A stretch of 64,000 nucleotides of DNA from an uncultured bacterium (GCA_963848965.1 CAWKFG010000001.1:579181-643180), one strand, 5' to 3'. Positions 23,025-32,537 are shown, counted from the first letter of the stretch. Program-made: numbers and translations. The notes: generated from the letters alone by a model not told the origin.

Positions 23025-24266
23025 CTAGTGCTGAGATTCTTTTACATGAGGCATACACACTTTTTTATGATTAGGCCAATCTTTAGCTTGGCATTCTATA
23101 CTGCAATAACGTACCTTTTTGCACTTTCCGCAGACCTGAATCTTGTGAACTGTTCGAGTATTAAGACAGACCTGGCATGAACGGACGTCTTTTTCGGGGT
23201 TATTTTTCAAGAAGTTTTCAATTACGTTTACTAATCCTCTAGAAAAGGCATTTATGTCCCCATGAACGTGAAAGAGCATAGTCCGCAACTGCTTTCTTAG
23301 TGTTATTCCTTTGACCATAGAATACCCTAGCTTTTTTAAAACGGGGATAAAACCTTGTATATGATCTTCGCCACCGATAAAGATAACTCGCCAGTATGCT
23401 GCTTTTTGAGCATCAAGGATTTTATCAAGAAAGCATGCGTTTGCAAAGTTTTCATCAAGCTCAGAAAGTAAGATTTTAGCTATAACCTCAGTGTAAAGTG
23501 TAAGTGCTTGCTGAGCGGTAGAGCATCGATTCAACAGCTCAACACTGGCAATTTCAAAAAGCTGCTGAAGATCTTTATCTCTTGTAAGAAAGAAATACGC
23601 TTTGTTCTTGGCTTCTTGGTATTCAGTTAAAGTACGCATAAAAAAGGGCCCAACATCTTTTTCATTGCGGTATTTTTTGACAAGATCTTCAAGGATGCGC
23701 TGATTTTTTTCAAGGTCGTTAAGATATACTTCAACAGTAACATCTTGAGTGAGATTCTGTGCTTGAGCATTCAGTTGATTTTTAAAGTCTGTCCAGAAAG
23801 TAGAAAATGAATCGCACTCAAAAGATTTTTCAATAACATCTAAAATGGTTTGTGCTACTCCTGTAAGGACACTACTTGGTCTTGATCGAGGCTCGTAAGG
23901 GATAAACTTTATTTTATCCAAAAGTTGAGACGCTTGCTTACTAAGTTCCTTAAATGTAGTATGTATAATGACATTTGAAGCTAAGGTATTCTTTTGTATA
24001 GCAAAGAAATAGGGCTCTTCCATTGCTAAAATACAGGGAATAGGAGCTGAGATTGTTTCTTGCTTTACGAGGTTTGTTAAAGTGTTTACATGCAAAATGT
24101 TAGTAGTATACAACAGCTCTGAAGAATGCTCTATATCACCTAAAAGAAGAATCTGCTGTCCCTGCTCGTTAGTAAAGAGGTAGTATGAAATAAAAGGATA
24201 CACCGATATAGGTATGCAAGAAAGAGAAAATAACATAGTGATTAATAAGTAGCGCACTTTATTCAT
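23025..24266 (-). CDS. Secreted protein with C-terminal MYND zinc finger
   Basis: CQVC...CGKCKKVRYCSIECQAKDWPNHKKVC matches zf-MYND. Hydrophobic N-terminus. Confidence 0.88.
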   Translation of the reverse strand: MNKVRYLLITMLFSLSCIPISVYPFISYYLFTNEQGQQILLLGDIEHSSELLYTTNILHVNTLTNLVKQETISAPIPCILAMEEPYFFAIQKNTLASNVIIHTTFKELSKQASQLLDKIKFIPYEPRSRPSSVLTGVAQTILDVIEKSFECDSFSTFWTDFKNQLNAQAQNLTQDVTVEVYLNDLEKNQRILEDLVKKYRNEKDVGPFFMRTLTEYQEAKNKAYFFLTRDKDLQQLFEIASVELLNRCSTAQQALTLYTEVIAKILLSELDENFANACFLDKILDAQKAAYWRVIFIGGEDHIQGFIPVLKKLGYSMVKGITLRKQLRTMLFHVHGDINAFSRGLVNVIENFLKNNPEKDVRSCQVCLNTRTVHKIQVCGKCKKVRYCSIECQAKDWPNHKKVCMPHVKESQH

Positions 24267-24677
24267 GATTTTCCTTATCGAGAATTGAGATCTTACGTGC
24301 TGTTTAATAAGCCTATAGCTTTATCATTTCTACAAATGGGCTGTATCTTTACTTAAAAAGCTAGCACCGTACTTTTGAAGAAGCTCTACAACGTCTTTGT
24401 GCCTTCCTCAGGATGCATTAATAAACATACTGCCACTGTCAAAACTACTTTATTCATATCTAAAAATACCTTTGATTAACTATTTACAGTTTTATATTAT
24501 ATAACAAATAGGAAATATGCGCAAATCGTTCTTTTATGCCCTAAAATTGGTAATCACTCTTGTCTTTTCATTCCTAGATTTAGTTATTCTTAGGCAGCAT
24601 AATTATAGTATACTTGAAATATAAAGTTAATATATGATATTTTATAATAAAATAATAAAAGTTAAAGGAAAATTATT

Positions 24678-25124
24678 ATGAAGACATCTTTTATTAAAGC
24701 TTGTATACTGCTGACAACCTTTTCTTCCGTATACGGCATGGAAAAAATTAAGGAAAAACTATTTCCTAAAAGCAAAGAGAAAAGAGAACGGCCGGCAGCA
24801 GAACTTCCTCTAGAAGAGCAAATTCAGAACGAATTTACCAAAAGAGCTGCAGTTGCACATGGACAAGGAAGAAATATGAATCAAGACGACCTTATGCTTA
24901 TTTTCTTTCCCTTGCGCCCAAGTCTTGCACAGGAACAGCGGGTAACAGTTGAAGTAGTCGATACTATTATAGGACAAATTAAAAAGCATTTTCCAGATTG
25001 GTCACTTGATAAAATACATGATCTCTTAATACAGTATCTTCCAACACGCGAGTTTACCTATTTTAATAATTTTCTTTCGCGCAGGATTAAAAAATACAAA
25101 GCTAGCAAGATCAATGGTGCGTAA
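24678..25124 (+). CDS. Secreted hypothetical protein
   Basis: AAGGA SD, signal ...YGME. C-terminus weakly resembles the next gene. Confidence 0.8.
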   Translation: MKTSFIKACILLTTFSSVYGMEKIKEKLFPKSKEKRERPAAELPLEEQIQNEFTKRAAVAHGQGRNMNQDDLMLIFFPLRPSLAQEQRVTVEVVDTIIGQIKKHFPDWSLDKIHDLLIQYLPTREFTYFNNFLSRRIKKYKASKINGA

Positions 25125-25140
25125 TAGGAGGCCTAAAACA

Positions 25141-25647
25141 ATGACTAGAGCTCTATCTTTCATCATTACAAGTAACTTCTTGCTACTCATCCTTTGTCAC
25201 TCTTATACATCTACAATGGAACCTATGAAAGAAGAGCCATCAACTTCGCGTTTATACGCTCTGCCTCCAGAGCTCAGAGCACAGACACTTCTTACTACTA
25301 TAATGAAAGAACTTCAATCAAAAATGGGCCGTAAAATGTTAATGAGAGCACATAAAGCACTTGCTCCTCATGAAGAGCCACAACTAGAGTTAGATGAAGA
25401 CGATATTCAATTTATCATCGCAAAATTGCAACCCTCTTTTTCTCATAAGGATTTTTCTACTTCGCGTACCATTGGCACGGTACTTTCTAGACTTGCTCCT
25501 TATTATAAAGGATCCCTCAAAGAACTTGGCCTCAAGATTAAGGAAGGGTTTCCTGAGAAAGAATACCCATTCTTTAACCAAGCTCTTCAAGAATGGTTGA
25601 AGGAACAAGCGGCAAAAGAGACACAATCTTCTCAAAGTAGATTATAA
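25141..25647 (+). CDS. Secreted hypothetical protein with LYALPPELR motif
   Basis: AGGAGG SD before ATG 25141, signal ...STME. Confidence 0.8.
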   Translation: MTRALSFIITSNFLLLILCHSYTSTMEPMKEEPSTSRLYALPPELRAQTLLTTIMKELQSKMGRKMLMRAHKALAPHEEPQLELDEDDIQFIIAKLQPSFSHKDFSTSRTIGTVLSRLAPYYKGSLKELGLKIKEGFPEKEYPFFNQALQEWLKEQAAKETQSSQSRL

Positions 25648-25744
25648 CAACAAGCTTTCTATAGTTGCATCATAAAAAATAACAGATATACTTAAGAATA
25701 TTAATTAATATTCTAATAAATAATCTAAATACATTTGGTCTGTT

Positions 25745-26134
25745 ATGAAAATATTATTTTTTCTATCTATATTATTACTTAATGTAATTTACGCTCAGGC
25801 TATGGATACAGCAAAAGCGGTTAATTCTCAAAAGCCACTTACTATTCTCCATATTATTGATAATACAAAAACTACTGGTGGTGAGAATGCGGTAACCATT
25901 GAACATAAGACTGCAGCATCCTACTGGGGGCCTATGATATATGATTGCCCCATTCAAGACATAGTAGATATCCCTCTTTTTAAACGTGATATTGTAAGGG
26001 TCTATGGCCCAGGGGGAGTTTCTCTTCTTACCTATTGCCCTACAGGCAAATTCTCTCGTGTAAATCTTATCATTGGCAAAAGTAAAAAAAGTACTAAGAT
26101 TGTTTTTGTACAAAACAAAGAGGACCTTCATTAA
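25745..26134 (+). CDS. Small secreted hypothetical protein
   Basis: Signal peptide MKILFF...AQA-MD. Confidence 0.7.
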   Translation: MKILFFLSILLLNVIYAQAMDTAKAVNSQKPLTILHIIDNTKTTGGENAVTIEHKTAASYWGPMIYDCPIQDIVDIPLFKRDIVRVYGPGGVSLLTYCPTGKFSRVNLIIGKSKKSTKIVFVQNKEDLH

Positions 26135-27027
26135 GTATATTTTTTAAGAAGTTCTATTATATCTTTAAATCCAGACATTTTGGCAGGCGTTAAAGCAGTA
26201 TTGCCTTTATTGTCTTTAGCATTAACATCAGCACCATGAACTATAAGCATCTCTACTATAGCTTTATTTCCCCCAGATGCAGCTACTATTAAAGCAGTAT
26301 TGCCATACTCATCTTGAGCATTACCATCTGCACCAGATGCAAGTAGCATCTTTACTATATCTTTATATCCATTAGATGCAGCTTTCATTAAAGCAGTATC
26401 ACCAGTTATGTCTTGAGCATTAACATTTGTTCTATGAGCTAGAAGTAGTTCTACTATGTCTTTATAACCAAAAACTACTGCTCTCATTAAAGCTGTTTGA
26501 TTAGTATTACTATTTACTTTAGCATTAACATTTATTCCTTTATTGAGAAAATCTTCAACTGCTTTAACATCTGCTTGGCCAACAGCCTTTAAAAATAGCA
26601 ACTCTGTTGGACGACGTTGTAACCAGAGTGCAGCACCTGCTGTTTTAAGATCCTTTGCAATATCATCCTGCTTTTTAATATCATATCTTGTGTGGTAATC
26701 GTTAATCTTGATTACTTTATATTTCTTCTGCAGCTCATCTAATAGAGATTCAGTAAAAGGAATATCTTCAAAGAGGGTAGCATATTCTTGCTTTTGTGCG
26801 AGCTCTTGTATCTTATGTAATGCCTCTGTGTATTCTAAGTCTTTTATAAGTACATGAATTACAAGAGGATTCAGTAAATTCTTAAGATCTTGCGGCAATA
26901 AACTTAAATAACTCGTCTCTTGCTTGCTTTTCTTATGCTCTCTTTCTTCTGCCATCTCAGACTCATGCTTCATACCTATAGCATTAAAACAGAAAGCTAT
27001 GAGTAGAATATATAATACTTTAAACAT
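26131..27027 (-). CDS. Secreted ankyrin-repeat protein (member 11, divergent N-domain)
   Basis: Signal ...IGMK, YLSLLPQDL, about 5 ankyrin repeats. Confidence 0.9.
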   Translation of the reverse strand: MFKVLYILLIAFCFNAIGMKHESEMAEEREHKKSKQETSYLSLLPQDLKNLLNPLVIHVLIKDLEYTEALHKIQELAQKQEYATLFEDIPFTESLLDELQKKYKVIKINDYHTRYDIKKQDDIAKDLKTAGAALWLQRRPTELLFLKAVGQADVKAVEDFLNKGINVNAKVNSNTNQTALMRAVVFGYKDIVELLLAHRTNVNAQDITGDTALMKAASNGYKDIVKMLLASGADGNAQDEYGNTALIVAASGGNKAIVEMLIVHGADVNAKDNKGNTALTPAKMSGFKDIIELLKKYT

Positions 27028-27179
27028 GGGTACCCTTCTTTTCTCTTTATCTGCATGCTAAATATATCATAAAAGAAATTTATTTTCAATTCTATCAAAA
27101 TATATTATTTTTGTTACACTAGTATAAAGAACTATATTCGTAATTAAAATATCCCTTAGAGACCGGAAAAGGCTTAAAA

Positions 27180-29453
27180 ATGAAAAAAATACTTTATTTA
27201 GTACTTATAGCATTTTCTAGTACTACTTATAGTATGGAGAAAGAAAAGGGCTCCTCAATTGAGCTATCAGTTGCCCAACTACCAGCTCCTTCTTTAAATG
27301 AGCAGGAAAAACATACCTTTGCTCAAATTCTTTTTAATAGATACAGAGTTACTGAAGCCTTTGCTGGCCTTATTGCTCAAAATCACTACCTTAACAAAAC
27401 GCACACCGACCTCTGGGTTGATGAAATTATCTCTCGCTGCTCTACTCTAGAAAGGCTAGAAAATGAATCTTCAGAGAGAGTAAAAGCTCTCTTAAAGCTT
27501 ATTGACACTATATGCCTTACTCACAGCAAAGACTACTGCTATCAAACAATAGCACCCCTTTTACAGATCTACCATTTTAATACTCATCAATGGGATACTT
27601 GTTTACACACTCTTATTGCCTATTATAAGGAAATACGCACACTTGCTGCAGATCTAAAACAAGAGTTTGCTACAAGTGATAGAAAAAAAAGAAAATTCTT
27701 AAGTAACCTCAAACGCGCTGTCGATATTCTCAATGAAATAGCAATAAAAGATCCCTACGCCGCTCTTGAAAAGGCTTTTTCTGAGCACCACCTTAATATA
27801 GGAAACAAAGAAAACCTGCATGTCGTACTTGATACAGTAACAATACAACAACCTCATTTGAAACGAGATAAATCTGTTTTCGATCAATTTGACTCGTATT
27901 ATGAAGGTAGAAAAAATATTTCTGCGACAGAAAAGGATATCCTTTATTACATTAGACTATGCCGCCTTAGAGAGATGCGAGCCTCAATAGAAACACATCT
28001 TAATAATCTTATAAGTCAAGTAGAACCATTTCAATCCTTATTAAGTACCATAGATACACTATCTCCTTACCAATGCTACGTACGTTCTCCTCTTCCGCTT
28101 CTTAATAATTCTCTTTACAAAGCATATACAAACGATAAAACTCCTCTTTATCCTCTTCGTATACTCATGGACCTTTCAGAAGCTGAAAAGGCCACATTCG
28201 CTCAAACAATAAGAGATCATCTTGTTATTGCCCGCAACTTCTGCTATCTCAACACTGTCTATAAAGCAATTGAAAATGCATGGTCTCAATTGCCTCTCTA
28301 TGCCCTTGAACAAAAATTAAAACAGCTTCTCCTTACTCTACAAACAGAACAAGCTGCTTCTAAACTTTCCGCAATTCCTCGCTCTACAGAGAGCTTAGAA
28401 CAAGAATGTAAAGCGCTTACTCTCTTTATCGCACAAACAAGAAAAAATATATGGCGCTACGTAAAAGAGCGCCTTTGTAAATCATTGTGGCAAGAAATTC
28501 AAGAAGCCGCTACCTGTCTTTTATCTATACCTCCTCAAACTATGTTTTTACTAGAATGTTATAAACTACTTGAACAACCACTCAGAGGATACAATCATGA
28601 AGCTCATGCTCACGCTCTTGTAAAAGAGTGGCAAGAGCTTTTTAAAGACAAAGTAGATCTTATCATTATTCTAGATTATACCGTTTGTCCCTATATAACT
28701 CACGTATATACTACACTTTCAGGCCATGAATTTCCTCTTACTTTATGTCCTCCACAAGAAAAGCTTAGCTCAACCATCTCTTCGGTAAAAAGAAAGATGG
28801 AAAGTTACATACAAGTATTTACAAACCAAAGCAAGGAAGCAAAACCTAAGACCCTTGTTAAAGAAGCGCCTGCTACACTGGATCTAGATGATGAAGACAA
28901 TAGCGAAGAGAATTATGCACAACAGGTCTCTACTCAGCCAATTCCTGTTATTAAACAGCATATCTTATCATTACATGAACATATGCAATTAAAAGAACAA
29001 GCACAAAAGCGCTTCATTCCAGTAGTAACTCTTCTTTACGAGTCTGATGAAAAAGTAGTACTGCGCAACTGGAGAGGCTATTCTTCTTCTGACAATGTAA
29101 CTCTTACTTTATATAAGATTCCTAAAAATCAACAAAATAGCTCTGCCTGTACCTTTATTGTCAATCCTCATATTCTTAAAAAATATCGAGACTCTACACA
29201 GGACAAATGGGACATATATCACTCTTTTACCTCAGAAGTTGAACGGAAGTTTCTTGTTCCATGCGCTCTCGTAGTGTCTCCTGGAAGCCCTCTTGCTCAA
29301 CAATTAGGATTAAAATCGCTTGATGCGACAAGCTATGCTCTTTGTATACGCGCTTGCATAGAACAAACCAATGGGTATATTGTTTATCTTATAAACAAAA
29401 CAACGAAAGAATGCTTCCACCGGTTTTTTCATGCAGATAAAGCAGTAGTTTAA
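27180..29453 (+). CDS. Large secreted hypothetical protein (mostly helical, with a distinct C-terminal domain)
   Basis: 757-aa ORF, signal ...YSME, internal RKKRK basic patch. Confidence 0.85.
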   Translation: MKKILYLVLIAFSSTTYSMEKEKGSSIELSVAQLPAPSLNEQEKHTFAQILFNRYRVTEAFAGLIAQNHYLNKTHTDLWVDEIISRCSTLERLENESSERVKALLKLIDTICLTHSKDYCYQTIAPLLQIYHFNTHQWDTCLHTLIAYYKEIRTLAADLKQEFATSDRKKRKFLSNLKRAVDILNEIAIKDPYAALEKAFSEHHLNIGNKENLHVVLDTVTIQQPHLKRDKSVFDQFDSYYEGRKNISATEKDILYYIRLCRLREMRASIETHLNNLISQVEPFQSLLSTIDTLSPYQCYVRSPLPLLNNSLYKAYTNDKTPLYPLRILMDLSEAEKATFAQTIRDHLVIARNFCYLNTVYKAIENAWSQLPLYALEQKLKQLLLTLQTEQAASKLSAIPRSTESLEQECKALTLFIAQTRKNIWRYVKERLCKSLWQEIQEAATCLLSIPPQTMFLLECYKLLEQPLRGYNHEAHAHALVKEWQELFKDKVDLIIILDYTVCPYITHVYTTLSGHEFPLTLCPPQEKLSSTISSVKRKMESYIQVFTNQSKEAKPKTLVKEAPATLDLDDEDNSEENYAQQVSTQPIPVIKQHILSLHEHMQLKEQAQKRFIPVVTLLYESDEKVVLRNWRGYSSSDNVTLTLYKIPKNQQNSSACTFIVNPHILKKYRDSTQDKWDIYHSFTSEVERKFLVPCALVVSPGSPLAQQLGLKSLDATSYALCIRACIEQTNGYIVYLINKTTKECFHRFFHADKAVV

Positions 29454-29609
29454 TACTTTACCTCTAAAACGACACAACTTTAACCATAGGTACTTTTCTT
29501 CCGCCCCTCTTGCATATTTCAACACCTTTATTGGAATTATTTCAAATATTATATTATAATCAAGAGAGATAATTTAAGAAATACTATATAAAAACTATGG
29601 AGCTAAAAA

Positions 29610-30626
29610 ATGAAGAAACTGTTAATAGGAATACTAGCAGGGTCCATTTCTACTTTTAGTATACAGCCTAAAGGCTATCTTGACATCTTACCTCAAGAGC
29701 TTAGTCAAGAGATCGTTAAGTTTATTACTAGCTTAGAAGATACTTTTACAATTACTAAGTTGCAACAAAAATTAAAGGATATGACAGGAATATCTATTTT
29801 TAAGGGATTGCCTTCTGCTCAAGCTCTTAAAAATCTACAACAACAATTAGAACTTATAAGGTATGCAAAGTATGATGATGCCTTAGCTTTGATAAAGATT
29901 TTATCCAAAGATAAAGAGTTAGAATTTCTTTTTAATAATCCTGATTTTAATCGAATTCTTATAAGTGACTTACATCTCATTGCATCATGGAGAAATCCAC
30001 AAGATATAGCACAAGCTCTTGGGACTCCTGGGGCTTTAGAATACTCAAGGCAATTAGAATTTATAGAAGCAGCGGCAAGAGGAGATGTAAAAAGAGTAAA
30101 AGAATTTTTAGATTCTGGTATTAATGTTAATGCTAAGGATACAAAAGGTGATACTGCTTTAACACGAGCTGTACAACATAGGCACAAAGAAATAGTAGAA
30201 CTACTTCTAGCTCATGGTGCTGATATTAATGCTAAAGATGGGTATACAAGTACTGTTTTAATTTATGCTGCGCGAGGTGGCTATAAAGAAATAGCAGAAA
30301 TACTCATAGCACATGGAGCTCATGTCAATGCTAAAAAGTCGGATGACAGTACTGCTTTAATGCATGCTGTAGACTATGGTCATGCAGATATAATAGAACT
30401 ACTTTTGGCTCATCATGCCGATGTTAATGCTCAAAGTGAGGACGGCCTTACTGCTTTAATGGGGGCTGCATACCACGGATTCAAAGATATAGTAGAACTG
30501 CTTATAGCCGCTGGAGCAAATGTTAATGCTAAGGACAAAAATGGCAATACTGCTTTAAAATATGCTGCAGACAGAGGATATAATGAAATAGCAGAATTAC
30601 TTAAAAAACATGGCGCTAAAGAGTGA
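29610..30626 (+). CDS. Secreted ankyrin-repeat protein (member 12)
   Basis: Signal ...FSIQ, YLDILPQEL, FLFNNPDF, about 6 ankyrin repeats. Confidence 0.92.
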   Translation: MKKLLIGILAGSISTFSIQPKGYLDILPQELSQEIVKFITSLEDTFTITKLQQKLKDMTGISIFKGLPSAQALKNLQQQLELIRYAKYDDALALIKILSKDKELEFLFNNPDFNRILISDLHLIASWRNPQDIAQALGTPGALEYSRQLEFIEAAARGDVKRVKEFLDSGINVNAKDTKGDTALTRAVQHRHKEIVELLLAHGADINAKDGYTSTVLIYAARGGYKEIAEILIAHGAHVNAKKSDDSTALMHAVDYGHADIIELLLAHHADVNAQSEDGLTALMGAAYHGFKDIVELLIAAGANVNAKDKNGNTALKYAADRGYNEIAELLKKHGAKE

Positions 30627-30653
30627 AGAGCAGCAATAGTGCCATTAAGGCTT

Positions 30654-30884
30654 TCAATTATGCAACATTGGAAGCATTAGATCTTTGCGTAAAGATCTAA
30701 AATCGGACACGTCAGTTGCAGGCTCAAAGTCAAAGAAATTCTCTGGCCATGCACGTGATTCATGCTTCTTAATCCATAACTTAAGTGCTTCATTAATAAT
30801 AGAGTTTCTGCTCTTATTTAATGCTTTATTCAGTTTATTTACTTGCTCTGCAAGCTCTTTTTTAATATACACAGCAAAATTCAT
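30654..30884 (-). CDS. CopG/ribbon-helix-helix protein, antitoxin-like, with no adjacent toxin
   Basis: GGAGGG SD. MNFAVYI...SRNSIINEAL RHH pattern and a WPENFF/acidic tail typical of VapB-like antitoxins. Confidence 0.7.
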   Translation of the reverse strand: MNFAVYIKKELAEQVNKLNKALNKSRNSIINEALKLWIKKHESRAWPENFFDFEPATDVSDFRSLRKDLMLPMLHN

Positions 30885-31027
30885 AATCCCTCCATAATGA
30901 GCAAACACAGCTGTTTCTAATCGGGCTGATCAAGGATGTGATTAAGAAATACGTGGGCAACGCTTGTATATTATAAGGTATAGAGAGAGCAAAAGAATAC
31001 CATCTCAAAAGCTCTTAATTACAACCC

Positions 31028-32257
31028 TTATTCTGCCCATAACGATGTGATAGGCAAAGCATAGAAATTACCACCAAAGGGAATACTTTGTGATCCGGTA
31101 TACAACACTATACCCGCCATAAACCTTTCTTGAGCACTTTCCTGCAAGTATCGCAATCCCTTAAAGTCCTGTTGAGTAACGGTACTACTACTTTTAATCT
31201 CTATCCCTATAATACGCCCTGCTGCATCCTCAAGCACAAGATCTACTTCAACTCCCGTCTGGGTCCTAAAGTGAAAAAGCTGCACTTGGGTCGTACTCCA
31301 TGACGCTTGCTTTTTCAATTCCATCACTACAAAATTTTCAACAATACTTCCCATTAATTTACCATCAATAGCTGCTCGCTCAGTATCTATTCCCAGCAAA
31401 TACGCTAAAATACCCGAATCAATAAGATAGAGTTTAGATGATTTAACAAGACGCTTTCCTATATTAACACTCCAAGGCTGAAGCAGGCAAACAATAAAGA
31501 GCGCTTCTAAAAGAGATAAATATCTATGCAATGTAGTATTTGGTATTCCTACTGCTCGCGAAAGCTCTGCAACGTTAAGAAGATTTGCTGCTCGAGTTGC
31601 TAGTAACTGTAAGATTCTAGGAAACTCTGCTAATGCTGTAACATGTGCAAGATCCTGCACATCTTTTTGCAAAAGAGCTGTAATATATGAATTGAACCAG
31701 AGCCGTCTTTCTTCTTCCCCAAAAGCCTGTACTGCCGGATACCCCCCTTTCAGGATTCTTTCATAAAGCTCTTGCCGAGAAAGATTGTCCGCTTTGTAGG
31801 GAACCTCTCCCTTAAACAGACGATCAATAAAGACCTCTTTTCTTCCAAGCAGCTCTCCCTGCGAAAGTGGCAATAACGTCAGTATAATCATACGCCCCGC
31901 TAGAGAGTCTCCCAGTTTAGGAATAAGGAGCGGATTTGTAGATCCTGTTAATGCAAATCTCCCTGGTTCTCTATGCTGATCTACATCATATTTTATTGCC
32001 AAAAATAGTTCTGGTACCCGCTGAACTTCATCTAATATTACTGGCTTAGGCAGTCTCGCAACAAATCCCATAGGATCTGCTTTAGCAGCTGATAATATAC
32101 TCAGATCATCAAATGAAGCAGAAAAGTATCCTCTATCTTGTGCTACCTCATTCATTAATGTAGTTTTACCTGTCTGTCGAGCACCCGTAAGCAGCACTAC
32201 TGGGCTTATTTTAAGAGCCTTCTCAAGCTTCGGTTTACTATTACGACGAAAGAACAT
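31028..32257 (-). CDS. AAA_14 + DUF4143 ATPase (more distant relative of 4920 and 11222)
   Basis: GARQTGKT, ILDEVQ, GGYP, EVDLVLE...GIEIK. ORF track starts at 32284. Confidence 0.92.
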   Translation of the reverse strand: MFFRRNSKPKLEKALKISPVVLLTGARQTGKTTLMNEVAQDRGYFSASFDDLSILSAAKADPMGFVARLPKPVILDEVQRVPELFLAIKYDVDQHREPGRFALTGSTNPLLIPKLGDSLAGRMIILTLLPLSQGELLGRKEVFIDRLFKGEVPYKADNLSRQELYERILKGGYPAVQAFGEEERRLWFNSYITALLQKDVQDLAHVTALAEFPRILQLLATRAANLLNVAELSRAVGIPNTTLHRYLSLLEALFIVCLLQPWSVNIGKRLVKSSKLYLIDSGILAYLLGIDTERAAIDGKLMGSIVENFVVMELKKQASWSTTQVQLFHFRTQTGVEVDLVLEDAAGRIIGIEIKSSSTVTQQDFKGLRYLQESAQERFMAGIVLYTGSQSIPFGGNFYALPITSLWAE

Positions 32258-32267
32258 TCCTATCCTT

Positions 32268-32462
32268 AGTAAAAAATTTACCATTATGTGGTAAAAATTC
32301 TACCATCCTATGACAATATTTACAATAAATCCTTAAAAATATCTCATAAAACACCTTTGACACCTATTAAATACTCCTTTTGACTACTTTTACACAAGAG
32401 TAGCGTAAATATCTACCACCCATTGGTAAAATGTTTTACCAATACGAGAAAAATATCACCAC
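32268..32462 (-). promoter_or_regulatory. Two trios of about 21-22-bp-spaced imperfect palindromes (GGTAAA..TTTACC)
   Basis: Boxes near 32269, 32291 and 32312, and near 32405, 32425 and 32446. Confidence 0.55.
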
Positions 32463-32477
32463 CAACCAGGTTTCTCT

Positions 32478-32537
32478 AAAAAATAAGAAGAAGTGCTTAC
32501 CCCGAAACAAAGTTGAGGGAACGTAAGGCACTTCTTC
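32478..32537 (-). terminator. Long hairpin with T-rich tail downstream of the zinc-finger cluster
   Basis: gaagaagtgcttac...gtaaggcacttcttc inverted repeat, followed on the minus strand by TTATTTTTT. Confidence 0.55.

Noticed and set aside
1166..30187. Antisense ORFs opposite ankyrin and ATPase genes (e.g. 1166, 2454, 3848, 6624, 10261, 15134, 29819)
   Set aside because: Shadow frames of repetitive coding sequence with no independent features.
604..30626. CRISPR-like pattern of conserved repeats with variable spacers
   Set aside because: The period is about 99 nt and in frame; these are ankyrin coding repeats. No cas genes.
604..30626. Diversity-generating retroelement or integron as the diversifier
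   Set aside because: No reverse transcriptase, integrase or recognisable attC in the window. Genes lie on both strands with their own promoters, and I saw no adenine-specific template/variable pair.
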